The notes: generated by a model from the letters alone, not told the origin. A stretch of 64,000 bases of DNA from Thermodesulfovibrionales bacterium (GCA_044450345.1 JBIOIY010000002.1:107852-171851), one strand, 5' to 3'. Numbered from the stretch's first letter, positions 9,886-19,895 are shown. Numbers and translations are program-made.

Positions 9886-10151
9886 GGATACTCCTCCCAA
9901 CAAGTTAAAAATCATAATTCCTATTAAATTTATAGGACTTATAGAGTACCTTACAAATCCATAAAAATTCAATATGAAAACTTAAAGAAATTCTTATAAA
10001 TTCATTAGGAATTATAATGAATTAACCTCTGTTTCAAATTAGGCCGTTCTTTCCAGGTTGCTTCACGTCCCTAGTCGTGATAAAAAAATTAGTGGTGTTA
10101 TTGGCGGCCGTAGCACCCGGAGCAGAAATCACGAGAGCGTCCGGTTAAAGA

Positions 10152-10532
10152 CTACTGGCCGGCCTCTTTTGAAAATAATTCAATAACCTTGGGGTCCTCT
10201 TTTCTCATTGTTGACCTTCCGTCGAATATTCCACCCTCAGCGATCACAAGTGTAGTGGTAAATAACTCTCCGATGATCTCGCCTTTATTTCTTATCTCGC
10301 ATATCTCTCCTATCTTTAAATTGCCCTCTACCCTTCCGCCGACAACGACTCCGCGTGCTGTTATATCCCCCTTCACCCGGGATTTTTCCCCCAGTACCAC
10401 CCAATCCGCCTGAATATTGCCTTCCACTATCCCGTCTATCCTGATCGTGCCTTTCGTGCTGACATCCCCCGTGAACATCGAGTCGGGGCCTACAAGGGAT
10501 TCCAATTTTTCAGTATTCTTGTGGAACATCAT
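10152..10532 (-). CDS. Bactofilin family cytoskeletal protein
   Basis: It has the DUF583 beta-helix repeat pattern (FTGDVSTKGTIRIDGIVEGNI...VKGDITARGVVVGGRVEGNL). Its start forms an ATGA overlap with the M23 gene stop. Confidence 0.85.
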   Translation of the reverse strand: MMFHKNTEKLESLVGPDSMFTGDVSTKGTIRIDGIVEGNIQADWVVLGEKSRVKGDITARGVVVGGRVEGNLKIGEICEIRNKGEIIGELFTTTLVIAEGGIFDGRSTMRKEDPKVIELFSKEAGQ

Positions 10533-11365
10533 GACCTCCCTTTAAGATACGAATCCGGATTTACCGCCTTACCGTTAAGCCACACCTCGTAATGCACATG
10601 GGGGCCGGTAGAATTGCCGGTCGAACCGATATAACTTATGATATCTCCACGCTTTACCCTCTGACCTGTTCTGACCGCAACCATCTTGTTATGCGCATAA
10701 AACGTTGAGAAACCTGCCCCGTGCTCGATAACTACCAGATTTCCATTTGCTCCGCTCCAGCCGGAAAAACTGACAATGCCTTCTCCTGTAGCCTTTACCG
10801 GACGCCCGGGTTCAGCCGCTATGTCGACACCGCTATGAAATTCGCTCTCACCGGACGTCGGGTGTTCCCGAAGCCCGAATGGAGAAGTAACGTATCCTTC
10901 AACCGGCCAGCCCTTGGGAGTGGCCACATAGATATCTCTCTGCTGGCTTAAATAATCCTTTATTTCACCGACACTTTCCATCGTTGCCCTAATCTGTTTC
11001 TTTAAGTCTTCCATGTCTATTGAGCCACTATCGGACGTGTCAAGATTCTCGAGTATTTTTTCCTTGGAGCTAAAAGAAAAGAGTCGTTTGAACTCAGTAT
11101 CTGCTTTCTTCAAACTGGCTATCGTGGCTTTAACTTCTATGAACTGCGATGCATAATAGTTAAGCCGCTGATTCATCTCTTTATATTTCACCGCATTTAC
11201 TCCGATAGAAAAAAGATATATAGAAACCCCCGCCCATATGACAATCGAAACAATGACGCCAAGCGAAGGCAGTTTAATCCTCCACGATTTTGAATCACTA
11301 TGAGGAATGACCATGATGGTCACCGGGGTAAAGGCCTTTTTCAGTATTTTTTTTGTCCTAAGCAT
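10529..11365 (-). CDS. M23/LytM family metallopeptidase with an N-terminal TM helix and coiled coil
   Basis: It has the HxxxD motif (FHSGVDIAA) and the HxH motif (GPHVHYEV). It has an N-terminal TM helix. Confidence 0.9.
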   Translation of the reverse strand: MLRTKKILKKAFTPVTIMVIPHSDSKSWRIKLPSLGVIVSIVIWAGVSIYLFSIGVNAVKYKEMNQRLNYYASQFIEVKATIASLKKADTEFKRLFSFSSKEKILENLDTSDSGSIDMEDLKKQIRATMESVGEIKDYLSQQRDIYVATPKGWPVEGYVTSPFGLREHPTSGESEFHSGVDIAAEPGRPVKATGEGIVSFSGWSGANGNLVVIEHGAGFSTFYAHNKMVAVRTGQRVKRGDIISYIGSTGNSTGPHVHYEVWLNGKAVNPDSYLKGRS

Positions 11366-12398
11366 ATCTAACCCCCCTTATTCCCTTTTTGACACTTCCT
11401 ATCATGTAAGCCCCAAAGCCCTTCTTTCTTAACGCGGCGAGAACTTTTTTTCCTTCTTTCTCGCTAACGACAACGATTAACCCGAGCCCCATATTGAAGG
11501 TCCTTTTCATGTCCTCTTCCGGTACGTTACCTGCCTTGCGAATCACCGAAAATATCGCCGGTTCAGGCCAAGACCCTTTATAAAGCAACGCCCCGAGACC
11601 TCTAGGAAATATCCTGGGCAGATTCCCGGGGATACCGCCTCCCGTAATATGCGCCATCCCTTTCACATCCACCTTATCTTTTATCGCCTTAAACGCCTTC
11701 ACATAGATAGTGGTGGGCTTTAAAAGCTCCTCACCCAGCGAAACGCCTATTACAGGAAGGATTTTTTTTGCGCTCATTCTTTTCGAATCAAATAAGACCT
11801 TCCTGGCAAGGGAGTATCCGTTGCTGTGCAGGCCGCTTGAAGGAATGCCGATTAAGGAATCTCCGTCCTTAATCCGGGTTCCGTCAATCAGCTTTCTTCT
11901 TTCGACAACCCCCACGGCGAATCCCGAGAGATCGTATTCTCCACGTGCGTAAAAACCGGGCATCTCTGCCGTCTCACCCCCGATAAGAGAACATCCGGCC
12001 TCAAGACAACCGGTTGTTATGCCTCTTAGCACTTCAGCAGCGCTTTCCGGCTTCAGCTTACCCGTGGCAAAATAGTCGAGGAAGAAGAGCGGCTCCGCCC
12101 CGCTGGTGAGTATGTCATTGACACACATGGCAACAAGGTCAATACCTACCGTATCGTGCCGGCCGGTCATAAAGGCTATCTTCAGCTTTGTGCCGACACC
12201 GTCCGTCCCGCTCACAAGGATTGGATCCTTATATTTGCGGGTATCGAGTTTGAAAAAAGCGCCGAAAGAGCCTATATCTGCCATTACTTCGGGCCTGAAA
12301 GTTCTTCTGGCGAGGGGCTTAATTATCCGGACGAACCGCTCTCCCTCGTTAATGTCAACTCCGGCCTTCTTATAGGTAAGTCTTTTGTTTGTTTCCAT
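11358..12398 (-). CDS. purM: Phosphoribosylformylglycinamidine cyclo-ligase
   Basis: It has the motifs YKKAGVDI, VSGTDGVGTKLKIA and AHITGGG. I chose the start at the internal ATG at 12398 (METNKRLTY). Confidence 0.95.
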   Translation of the reverse strand: METNKRLTYKKAGVDINEGERFVRIIKPLARRTFRPEVMADIGSFGAFFKLDTRKYKDPILVSGTDGVGTKLKIAFMTGRHDTVGIDLVAMCVNDILTSGAEPLFFLDYFATGKLKPESAAEVLRGITTGCLEAGCSLIGGETAEMPGFYARGEYDLSGFAVGVVERRKLIDGTRIKDGDSLIGIPSSGLHSNGYSLARKVLFDSKRMSAKKILPVIGVSLGEELLKPTTIYVKAFKAIKDKVDVKGMAHITGGGIPGNLPRIFPRGLGALLYKGSWPEPAIFSVIRKAGNVPEEDMKRTFNMGLGLIVVVSEKEGKKVLAALRKKGFGAYMIGSVKKGIRGVRYA

Positions 12399-12561
12399 AA
12401 AATAGTTGATGAGGCAGGACTCGTTTTGAACGAATATATTTTGCACAAAGTCATTCTAAAGGGCAAGTCAAATTTTTAATTATGCATTTTATATTCTTTA
12501 TTGCCACACCTAAAGGCTCAGAACCTTATTCTCGAAAAGAGGTGTTTCTGCTAAGATATGG

Positions 12562-13347
12562 GTGATGCCTCTGATACTTGTAACGAATGACGACGGCGTG
12601 CATTCTCCAGGGATTGTGGCGCTTTACGGGGCGGTGAAGCATTTGGGTGACGCATACATCGTTGCTCCGGACAGGGAACGAAGCGCTGCAGGCCATTCCC
12701 TCACCCTCCACCGGCCCTTGAAAGTGACAGAGGTTAGGGAAAGGGTATACAGCATCAACGGCACCCCGACTGATTGCGTAACCCTGGGTATTAACAAGGT
12801 CCTGCCCGAAAAACCGGCGCTTGTCGTGTCGGGGATTAACAGGGGGGCCAATCTCGGGGATGATGTTACATACTCAGGGACCGTCTCCGCGGCGATCGAA
12901 GGGACCATATTCGGAATACCCTCCATTGCGTTTTCGCTGCCGGCGGCAAAGCACTGCCATTTCGATGCAGCATCAGCCATAGCACACGACATCGCCAAAT
13001 TTGTCCTGGAGCACTCACTGCCCTATGATACGCTGTTGAACGTCAATATACCGAATGTCGATAAAGAAAACATCAGGGGCATCCGGTTCACCAGGCAAGG
13101 GAAGCGTATTTACGACGGTGCGATATTGGAAACGTTTGATCCCTGGGGAGAGAAGCACTACTGGATAGGAGGGGGAAAACCATATTGGGAACGGGGTGAA
13201 GATACGGACATAGAAACAGTTGAGGCAGGCTATATTTCGGTAACGCCGATACACCTGGACCTCACAAACTACAATGCCCTCTCCTTATTCAAGGAAAAAT
13301 GGCGTGGGGACGAAATGTGGAAAGATAAACCAAATGAAAAATTTTGA
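12562..13347 (+). CDS. surE: 5'/3'-nucleotidase SurE
   Basis: It has ILVTNDDGVHSPGI, SGINRGANLGDDVTYSGTVSAA and the ISVTPIHLDLT tail. Confidence 0.95.
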   Translation: MMPLILVTNDDGVHSPGIVALYGAVKHLGDAYIVAPDRERSAAGHSLTLHRPLKVTEVRERVYSINGTPTDCVTLGINKVLPEKPALVVSGINRGANLGDDVTYSGTVSAAIEGTIFGIPSIAFSLPAAKHCHFDAASAIAHDIAKFVLEHSLPYDTLLNVNIPNVDKENIRGIRFTRQGKRIYDGAILETFDPWGEKHYWIGGGKPYWERGEDTDIETVEAGYISVTPIHLDLTNYNALSLFKEKWRGDEMWKDKPNEKF

Positions 13348-14731
13348 CGTTATCGTCATCGGCGCCGGGCCATCCGGGATATTCGCGGCACTCGAACTTC
13401 TCAAGTCGAATAAGAAATTAAGCATTCTCATGATCGAAAAAGGTAAAGATATCGACCAAAGGGCCTGCCCCGTAAAGGTCAAAAAAATCTCCTGTACCGC
13501 CTGCAAGGAATGCGATCTCCTGAGCGGCTGGGGCGGGGCTGGTGCGTTCAGTGACGGCAAGCTAAGTCTCTCTCCTGAGGTCGGGGGGTTCCTTTCCCGT
13601 TACATGGATAAGGACGAGGTAAGATCACTTATAAATTATGTCGATGGAATATATTTGAAGTACGGCGCCCCTGCCGAGATATTCGGCAACAGCCCGGAAG
13701 AAGTGCAGGAACTGGAAAAGCTCGCATCTTTCAACAACCTTGTTCTCATCCCCTCTAAAATTCGACATATCGGCACCGACAGATGCAAGGTGCTCCTAAA
13801 AAGGGTCCGCGAAGACATCTGCAACTCTATCGAGACGATTTTTCAGGCTGAGGCAGGGACCGTGATTACCGAAGACGGCAAATACAGGGGAGTGAAACTA
13901 AAAGACGGTACCGAGTTCCTCTCGGACTTCCTTGTCCTTGCTCCCGGCCGTGAAGGCTCCCGCTGGCTCGAGGAAGAGTCCAAGAGACTTGGTTTTACGC
14001 TGCTTAAGAACCCCGTGGATATCGGGGTTAGGGTAGAGCTTCCCGCCTCCGTCCTTGAGCCGCTTACCAGAATCACCTACGAGCCAAAACTCCTCTTCTA
14101 CTCAAAGAGGTTCGATGACAAAGTCAGGACCTTTTGCGTAAATCCCTATGGCGAAGTCGTGAAGGAATATCTTAAAGGAATCTGGACAGTAAATGGTCAC
14201 AGTTACGCCGACAGGAGGACTAACAATACGAACTTCGCCATCCTTGTCAGCACATACTTCACCGAGCCATTTGATCAGCCGATTTCGTATGGGAGGTATA
14301 TCGCACAGCTCGCGAACTTTCTGGGGAAGGGGGTGATCGTTCAAAGACTCGGTGACCTGATGTCGGGCAGGCGTTCTACACAAGAACGCATTTCGAAAGG
14401 GATAGTGCGGCCTACCCTCGACGACGCCACTCCAGGTGACCTGAGCTTCGTCATCCCCTACCGTTATCTTTGCGACATCATGGAAATGCTGGAAGCCCTC
14501 GACAGGATAGCGCCGGGGGTGAACTCGCGGCATACCCTCCTTTACGGCGTCGAAGTAAAATTCTATTCCATGCAGTTGAAGCTCACCGACAGGCTCGAGA
14601 CCGAGATAGCTAACATATTCGCCATAGGGGACGGGGCCGGCGTCAGCAGAGGGCTCATACAGGCGTCGGCATCGGGGGTCGTGGCGGCAAGAGAGATACT
14701 GGCCCGTGCCGGTATCGCCGGCGTGTCATGA
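13334..14731 (+). CDS. FAD-dependent oxidoreductase (COG2509-like, function unknown)
   Basis: It has the dinucleotide fold FDVIVIGAGPSGIFAA and a C-terminal FAIGDGAG motif. I moved the start to ATG 13334. Confidence 0.8.
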   Translation: MKNFDVIVIGAGPSGIFAALELLKSNKKLSILMIEKGKDIDQRACPVKVKKISCTACKECDLLSGWGGAGAFSDGKLSLSPEVGGFLSRYMDKDEVRSLINYVDGIYLKYGAPAEIFGNSPEEVQELEKLASFNNLVLIPSKIRHIGTDRCKVLLKRVREDICNSIETIFQAEAGTVITEDGKYRGVKLKDGTEFLSDFLVLAPGREGSRWLEEESKRLGFTLLKNPVDIGVRVELPASVLEPLTRITYEPKLLFYSKRFDDKVRTFCVNPYGEVVKEYLKGIWTVNGHSYADRRTNNTNFAILVSTYFTEPFDQPISYGRYIAQLANFLGKGVIVQRLGDLMSGRRSTQERISKGIVRPTLDDATPGDLSFVIPYRYLCDIMEMLEALDRIAPGVNSRHTLLYGVEVKFYSMQLKLTDRLETEIANIFAIGDGAGVSRGLIQASASGVVAAREILARAGIAGVS

Positions 14732-14747
14732 AGTGTTAAGAAAGTAG

Positions 14748-15395
14748 ATGGACTACCAAAGACTCAGAGATGATATGGCGGATACCCAGCTTGTACCAAG
14801 GGGCATTAGAGACAAAGCGGTCCTGAATGCCATGCGCACGGTCCCGCGCCACCTCTTTGTTGACGAATCGACGCAATACAGGGCATATGACGACATGGCC
14901 CTTCCCATCGGCGAGGGGCAGACGATCTCTCAGCCGTATATGGTTGCGGTAATGACTGAACTGCTTGGGTTGACCGGCAAGGAAAAAGTGCTCGAGATCG
15001 GTACGGGCTCGGGGTATCAGGCGGCGGTGCTGGCCCATCTCGCAAAAGAGGTCTTTACAATCGAGCGCATCGCTTCACTTGCAGAAAAGGCAGAGCAGAG
15101 GTTCCGCGACCTCGCCTATTTCAATATCCATGTAAAAATAGGGGACGGCACACTCGGATGGCCGGAAAAAGCGCCTTTTGACGGGATAATCATTACCGCT
15201 GGCTCGCCAAAGATGCCTGACCCCCTGAAAGAACAGGTTTCTGAAAACGGCATCATCGTCATACCGGTCGGGAGCAGATACTCCCAGCAACTTCTCAGAA
15301 TAAAGAAAACGAAATCGGGATTTGAGGAAGAATATCACACGCCGTGCGTATTCGTGCCGCTTATAGGTGAACATGGATGGAAAGAGAAAGATTAG
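14748..15395 (+). CDS. pcm: Protein-L-isoaspartate O-methyltransferase
   Basis: It has the motifs TISQPYMVA, VLEIGTGSGYQAAVLA and FDGIIITAG. Confidence 0.95.
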   Translation: MDYQRLRDDMADTQLVPRGIRDKAVLNAMRTVPRHLFVDESTQYRAYDDMALPIGEGQTISQPYMVAVMTELLGLTGKEKVLEIGTGSGYQAAVLAHLAKEVFTIERIASLAEKAEQRFRDLAYFNIHVKIGDGTLGWPEKAPFDGIIITAGSPKMPDPLKEQVSENGIIVIPVGSRYSQQLLRIKKTKSGFEEEYHTPCVFVPLIGEHGWKEKD

Positions 15396-15416
15396 GTGCG
15401 GACAAAGTCAAAGGGA

Positions 15417-17333
15417 TCATCTTTTCAGCCCCGCCTTGATATTCCGCAGAAGGCTGCCGTATCTCTTTAGCTCCCCGGGGCCCATCTGTTTTCGCCCGAA
15501 CCTGTGTTCCTCATAAAGTCTCATAAATTCCCTTACCTCTCCTTCAATCGGAAGACCGCGAGCTTTGTTTACTACCTCTCCTGGTGTAATCGAAATCGGA
15601 ACAGCGACTCCGGGCCCCGCCATCGCCTCCCTGATATCTACATATTTCTGGCTCACAAAGTCATATCTTTTTCGGCCGATCGCCCTGCGGATTACATAGA
15701 TGAGGCAAGCGAGCAGTACAGAAGAAGGAACCAAATACCACAAGTCCCTCATCTTCCCGGCCTTTATTACGTAGGCAGCAGGATATGCGAAAAGATCAGC
15801 CAAGGATTTAAGGATCGTCCTTTGGTCTTCACCCCTGAAGCCCACCACGTACCTCTCCCAGTTCATTTTAACCGAATCCAGCAAAAGGGTGACTGCCGTC
15901 AGACGCCGCGAGGGAACAGACGGTGTCGGGTCAAATCTTGTCCACCTGTCGTCAATCAAAGCCTCGACCCATGAATGCGCGTCGCTCTGCCTCACTATGA
16001 TGTATCCCCCATATTGGTTTCTTTCACCTCCATAGAAACCATTGACTATCCTGGAGGGTATACCCAATCCCCGAAGCATCAAAACCATTGAGGTCGCGAA
16101 ATGTTCGCAGAACCCTTTTTTTGAATAAAAGAGAAAGTCGGTGACGGGGTCTATCCCTTCCGGCGAACGGGAAACAGCCAACGAATAGGAATAATTCTCC
16201 TTCAGATATCGCTCAATCAGAACCGCCCTCTCCCTGTCCGTCCTGCCCTTCGACGCAATATTTCGTGCAAGATGCTGCACCCTTTCCAGTCCCGGGGGCG
16301 ACTGAAGATATCTGGAATCCCCGACACCCGGGACCGCACTGCGCGCGATGCTGTAGGCCGTATAAAAAGCCCTTCTTGCAGCCTTTCGGGACAAAAACAG
16401 GGCGTCCGCACGGTCCGTCCAGACCAAGAAAGAATCGACTTTTATCCCCTTTATTTCCGTCAGCCCGAAGATGATATCCGAATCGATAGGCTCCAGGTAT
16501 ATCCTCTGCTCGACTGCCGACTCTTTGTCATAGCTGCCGATAACATACTCCTCCCCGACTTTCACTGACCTGTACCGCTCGCTCACTGTATTCTTCCACA
16601 AAGTGCCGTCGAAATGATCCAGTGACATGCCTCGCCAGTAATATGGAGGAGAAGGGTCTCGTCCCAATTCAATCCGCATGACTACCGACGGATCAAGCTT
16701 AACCTCACCCATGGAACCGAAATTTACCCGGTCCGAAAAACCCGATGTCCTCATCCCTTTGACATGACTCTTTCCCAAAAATGTATAGGTGTTCCTCGGC
16801 AGGGCGATAAAGAGAACCACTGTCGATGCAAGAGATAACACAGAAATCATCATGATAGGCTTCAACAATCCGATCTCCCCCTCATGTCTATATTTCACAA
16901 AATGAGAAAATACCATCGCCGCGACGAGCGCCGCAAGGAAGACAATGAAAACAACACCGAAGACGAGCGACTGAGACAGCTCCGATGCAATCACCATCTG
17001 AAGGAGCGAGACGAAATATACCTGGAGATGGTCCCAGGGTTCTTTGAGGTCGTAGCTCTTTATCGCCTGGAATGTTATGGTAAGGTGCGCAACGGCGATA
17101 AAAAAGTCGCCGGAGACGAGCGAATCGAATGAGAAAACAGCGAGGGCAAGCACGGAACACATCCCGATGACCCAGCCGGGCGCGGCCCCCCTGCCCTTCA
17201 GAAAACGGTAGTACCCGGGGATTATCGCTATGCCGCCGGCTGCCATGACAGGATTTATCTCACCGGTAAGGACGAGACCTATACTTCCGGTAAGGCCAAG
17301 AAAAGCGGTGAGAATTTTATACGTCCTCGGCAT
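15417..17333 (-). CDS. Transglutaminase-like membrane protein (TgpA-like)
   Basis: It has an N-terminal multi-TM region. The transglutaminase core has the Cys (KKGFCEHFATSM), His (SDAHSWVEA) and Asp (RFDPTP) triad. Confidence 0.85.
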   Translation of the reverse strand: MPRTYKILTAFLGLTGSIGLVLTGEINPVMAAGGIAIIPGYYRFLKGRGAAPGWVIGMCSVLALAVFSFDSLVSGDFFIAVAHLTITFQAIKSYDLKEPWDHLQVYFVSLLQMVIASELSQSLVFGVVFIVFLAALVAAMVFSHFVKYRHEGEIGLLKPIMMISVLSLASTVVLFIALPRNTYTFLGKSHVKGMRTSGFSDRVNFGSMGEVKLDPSVVMRIELGRDPSPPYYWRGMSLDHFDGTLWKNTVSERYRSVKVGEEYVIGSYDKESAVEQRIYLEPIDSDIIFGLTEIKGIKVDSFLVWTDRADALFLSRKAARRAFYTAYSIARSAVPGVGDSRYLQSPPGLERVQHLARNIASKGRTDRERAVLIERYLKENYSYSLAVSRSPEGIDPVTDFLFYSKKGFCEHFATSMVLMLRGLGIPSRIVNGFYGGERNQYGGYIIVRQSDAHSWVEALIDDRWTRFDPTPSVPSRRLTAVTLLLDSVKMNWERYVVGFRGEDQRTILKSLADLFAYPAAYVIKAGKMRDLWYLVPSSVLLACLIYVIRRAIGRKRYDFVSQKYVDIREAMAGPGVAVPISITPGEVVNKARGLPIEGEVREFMRLYEEHRFGRKQMGPGELKRYGSLLRNIKAGLKR

Positions 17334-18321
17334 AAATTACCTTACTACCGGTGCCGTCATACGTACGGCGCATAGATCGCCGCGACTTCAGTATGCTCAC
17401 AAAGTACCCTTCTCCGGCGTCGCGCTGCAGGTTGTCCCAGCTGTCCTCCTCTTGTATCACCGCAAGGCTATCAAGGATCGTAAAGAGCTGTTCTTCACCG
17501 CTGCCGAAGGGTATTACCTTCCTGCAGGAAACGAACCTGACAAAATATCCTCTTTCAAGAAAATCTTTGGCAAGAGAGCCGGCCAGTGAAACCGCCCTTT
17601 CGAATAGTTCCCCGCCTTCCGGCAAGAGATTGTCGAGAATGACGGTCAACCTCCTGACTTCGAATTCAGCGTATTCCTTGACGAAAAGGACCCCTGTCTT
17701 CGCAGATGCCTTCCAGTGAATGCTCCTCCGGTCGTCGCCGTCCCTGAATTCCCGGAGGGAATACACTTCGTCCCCGGATGCCGAAAGGCCGGAGACCTCC
17801 ATCCCCTCTTCTCCACTGACACTGTCGAGAAGACCTCCGAGTGAGCGCAGAGCCGGATATACAAGCAGCTCGCCGTTTACCCCCATCGATCTCTCTCCTC
17901 TCAGCAGGATAAAAGGAAAGTCGCTCAGCAACTGAAAATCCCCGTAGCTGTATATCCCCCTCCTCTCGAATCTCACCGCCATCTCTTTTTCTACTCTCTG
18001 AAGCGGCGGTATCATCCCGAAGAAAGCAGGCGCAAGGGCGCCGGGAAACAGACATTGCACTGAATAGGAGGGTATCATGCGCTTATGGTTCCTGACTGAT
18101 ATGGTCAACATGGCATCTTCTCCCGCGAACAGAGCAGGGCTGCCCCCGAAATCAAGAGACAGACCGGACAGGTTGGCCCTTCCCAGAACTACGGAAAGCA
18201 TAATGAAGGAAAGCATAAGAGAAAATATGAGATAGATAAGGTTGTTTCCCGTATTGAGAGCAGCCACGCCGATCAGGAAAGTGGCTATCGCAAACCTCTT
18301 TCCTTCCTTCGATACCTCCAT
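17317..18321 (-). CDS. DUF58 domain protein
   Basis: It has the DUF58 block LREFRDGDDRRSIHWKASAKTG and two N-terminal TM helices. I chose the start at ATG 18321, just after the MoxR stop. Confidence 0.85.
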   Translation of the reverse strand: MEVSKEGKRFAIATFLIGVAALNTGNNLIYLIFSLMLSFIMLSVVLGRANLSGLSLDFGGSPALFAGEDAMLTISVRNHKRMIPSYSVQCLFPGALAPAFFGMIPPLQRVEKEMAVRFERRGIYSYGDFQLLSDFPFILLRGERSMGVNGELLVYPALRSLGGLLDSVSGEEGMEVSGLSASGDEVYSLREFRDGDDRRSIHWKASAKTGVLFVKEYAEFEVRRLTVILDNLLPEGGELFERAVSLAGSLAKDFLERGYFVRFVSCRKVIPFGSGEEQLFTILDSLAVIQEEDSWDNLQRDAGEGYFVSILKSRRSMRRTYDGTGSKVIYAEDV

Positions 18322-18325
18322 CACA

Positions 18326-19261
18326 TCACACAGGCACCGGCACCTTTTCGACGATCTCCCGGACAATCAATTCCCCATCCGAAAAAAACCTCCCGGACTT
18401 CAGGATCAGCCTGTGTCCAAGGAGAAGCGGGGCGAGTATTTTGATATCATCGGGGACAGCGTAATCCCTTCCTTCATAATAGGCGTGGGCCCTGACCGCA
18501 CTGAGGAAAAACTGGGCTCCTCTCGTGCTCGCCCCAAGTCTGATTCTGTCGTCCCGCCGCGTGCACGCGACGATCTCCATCAGGTAGTCAATGAGACTCT
18601 CTTCCACCTCGACTTTTTCCGCCTCTTCCTGCATACGTAGGATGTCAAACCTTGAGACCGCAGGTACCATTCTTTCGAGCAGTGGGAAGCTCGGTCCCTC
18701 CAATACGGCAATCTTCTCATATTCCGGAGAGGGATACCCCAGCGCAATACGCATCATGAAGCGGTCGAGCTGGCTCTCGGGCAAAGGGAATGTACCATGA
18801 TACTCCACGGGGTTCTGTGTCGCGACGATCATAAAAGGCTCTGGAAGCCTGAATGTCTTCTTCTCGACAGTCACCTTTTTCTCGTTCATCGCCTCAAGAA
18901 GAGCCGACTGGGTCTTCGGGTTCGTCCTGTTGATCTCGTCTGCAAGTATTATGTTGCAAAAGAGAGGGCCAGTCTTGAACTCGAATTCCTTTGTCTCCTG
19001 ACTGAAGACGCTGACGCCTATAATGTCCGAGGGCATCATATCACTGGTGAATTGTATCCGTTGGAATGTGCAATCCGTGGCCTTTGCGAGCGCGCATGCG
19101 AGCGTCGTTTTCCCCACGCCCGGCACGTCCTCGATGAGCAGGTTGCCTCTCCCCAGGAGGCAGACGATAGCCATTTTAACTGCTGTATCTTTTCCTTTGA
19201 GCACCGCGCCGACCTGCCCGCTGAGTTGCTTTAAGGCGGGATTTGTCATATGATTATCCAT
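18326..19261 (-). CDS. MoxR-family AAA+ ATPase
   Basis: It has Walker A (GVPGVGKT), Walker B (ILADEINR), and FMIVATQNPVEYHGTFPLPESQLDRF. Confidence 0.92.
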   Translation of the reverse strand: MDNHMTNPALKQLSGQVGAVLKGKDTAVKMAIVCLLGRGNLLIEDVPGVGKTTLACALAKATDCTFQRIQFTSDMMPSDIIGVSVFSQETKEFEFKTGPLFCNIILADEINRTNPKTQSALLEAMNEKKVTVEKKTFRLPEPFMIVATQNPVEYHGTFPLPESQLDRFMMRIALGYPSPEYEKIAVLEGPSFPLLERMVPAVSRFDILRMQEEAEKVEVEESLIDYLMEIVACTRRDDRIRLGASTRGAQFFLSAVRAHAYYEGRDYAVPDDIKILAPLLLGHRLILKSGRFFSDGELIVREIVEKVPVPV

Positions 19262-19287
19262 ATTTCATATTATACACAGGAGAAGCT

Positions 19288-19818
19288 ATGGAATGTTCGC
19301 TTAAGGGCCATTTGTCGGTAATGTGTCTAACGGATCTCCTTCAGTGGGGAGAACTCTACCGGAAAACCGGCGCGATCACCGTGAAAAAAAATAATATCGA
19401 GAAAAAGATTTATTTGGAAGGAGGCAAGATAGTCTTCGTCTCCTCAACCAAGGATGGAGAACGTCTCGGCGAGTACCTTCAGAGGGGATCTCATATAGAC
19501 CTCGACAAAATCAAGGCCGCCTTGAGCGAGGCCCAAAACATGAAAATTCCCTTCACTCAGAGGCTGCTCAAGATGAACTATTTCACTCCGGCGGGTCTAA
19601 GGAGCGTTATCGAAAGGCACGCGCAAGAGATATTACTCGAAGCCGCGGCATGGGCCGAAGGCACCTTCGAGTTTATTCAGGGAGATCTCCCTTCCAGCGT
19701 CCTTGGGGGACCTATCAAACTCAATGCGTCCGAACTTATTCAGCAGATGTGCAGGCAGCTTGAAGATTCACGGGCAGGGCTGAGGAAAAATATCTCATAC
19801 TTTTATATAATAAAGTAA
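19288..19818 (+). CDS. DUF4388 (PATAN-like) domain protein
   Basis: It has LKGHLSVMCLTDLLQWGELYRKTGAITV...IYLEGGKIVFV, as in DUF4388. The start is an ATG after the AGGAGA SD site. Confidence 0.7.
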   Translation: MECSLKGHLSVMCLTDLLQWGELYRKTGAITVKKNNIEKKIYLEGGKIVFVSSTKDGERLGEYLQRGSHIDLDKIKAALSEAQNMKIPFTQRLLKMNYFTPAGLRSVIERHAQEILLEAAAWAEGTFEFIQGDLPSSVLGGPIKLNASELIQQMCRQLEDSRAGLRKNISYFYIIK

Positions 19819-19895
19819 CTTTTTTTAATCGGGAGAATATCTTCGAACCTCGGAAGGGATGCGTCCCGGAAGCGTCATGAAGGAGGTCTATTTCT

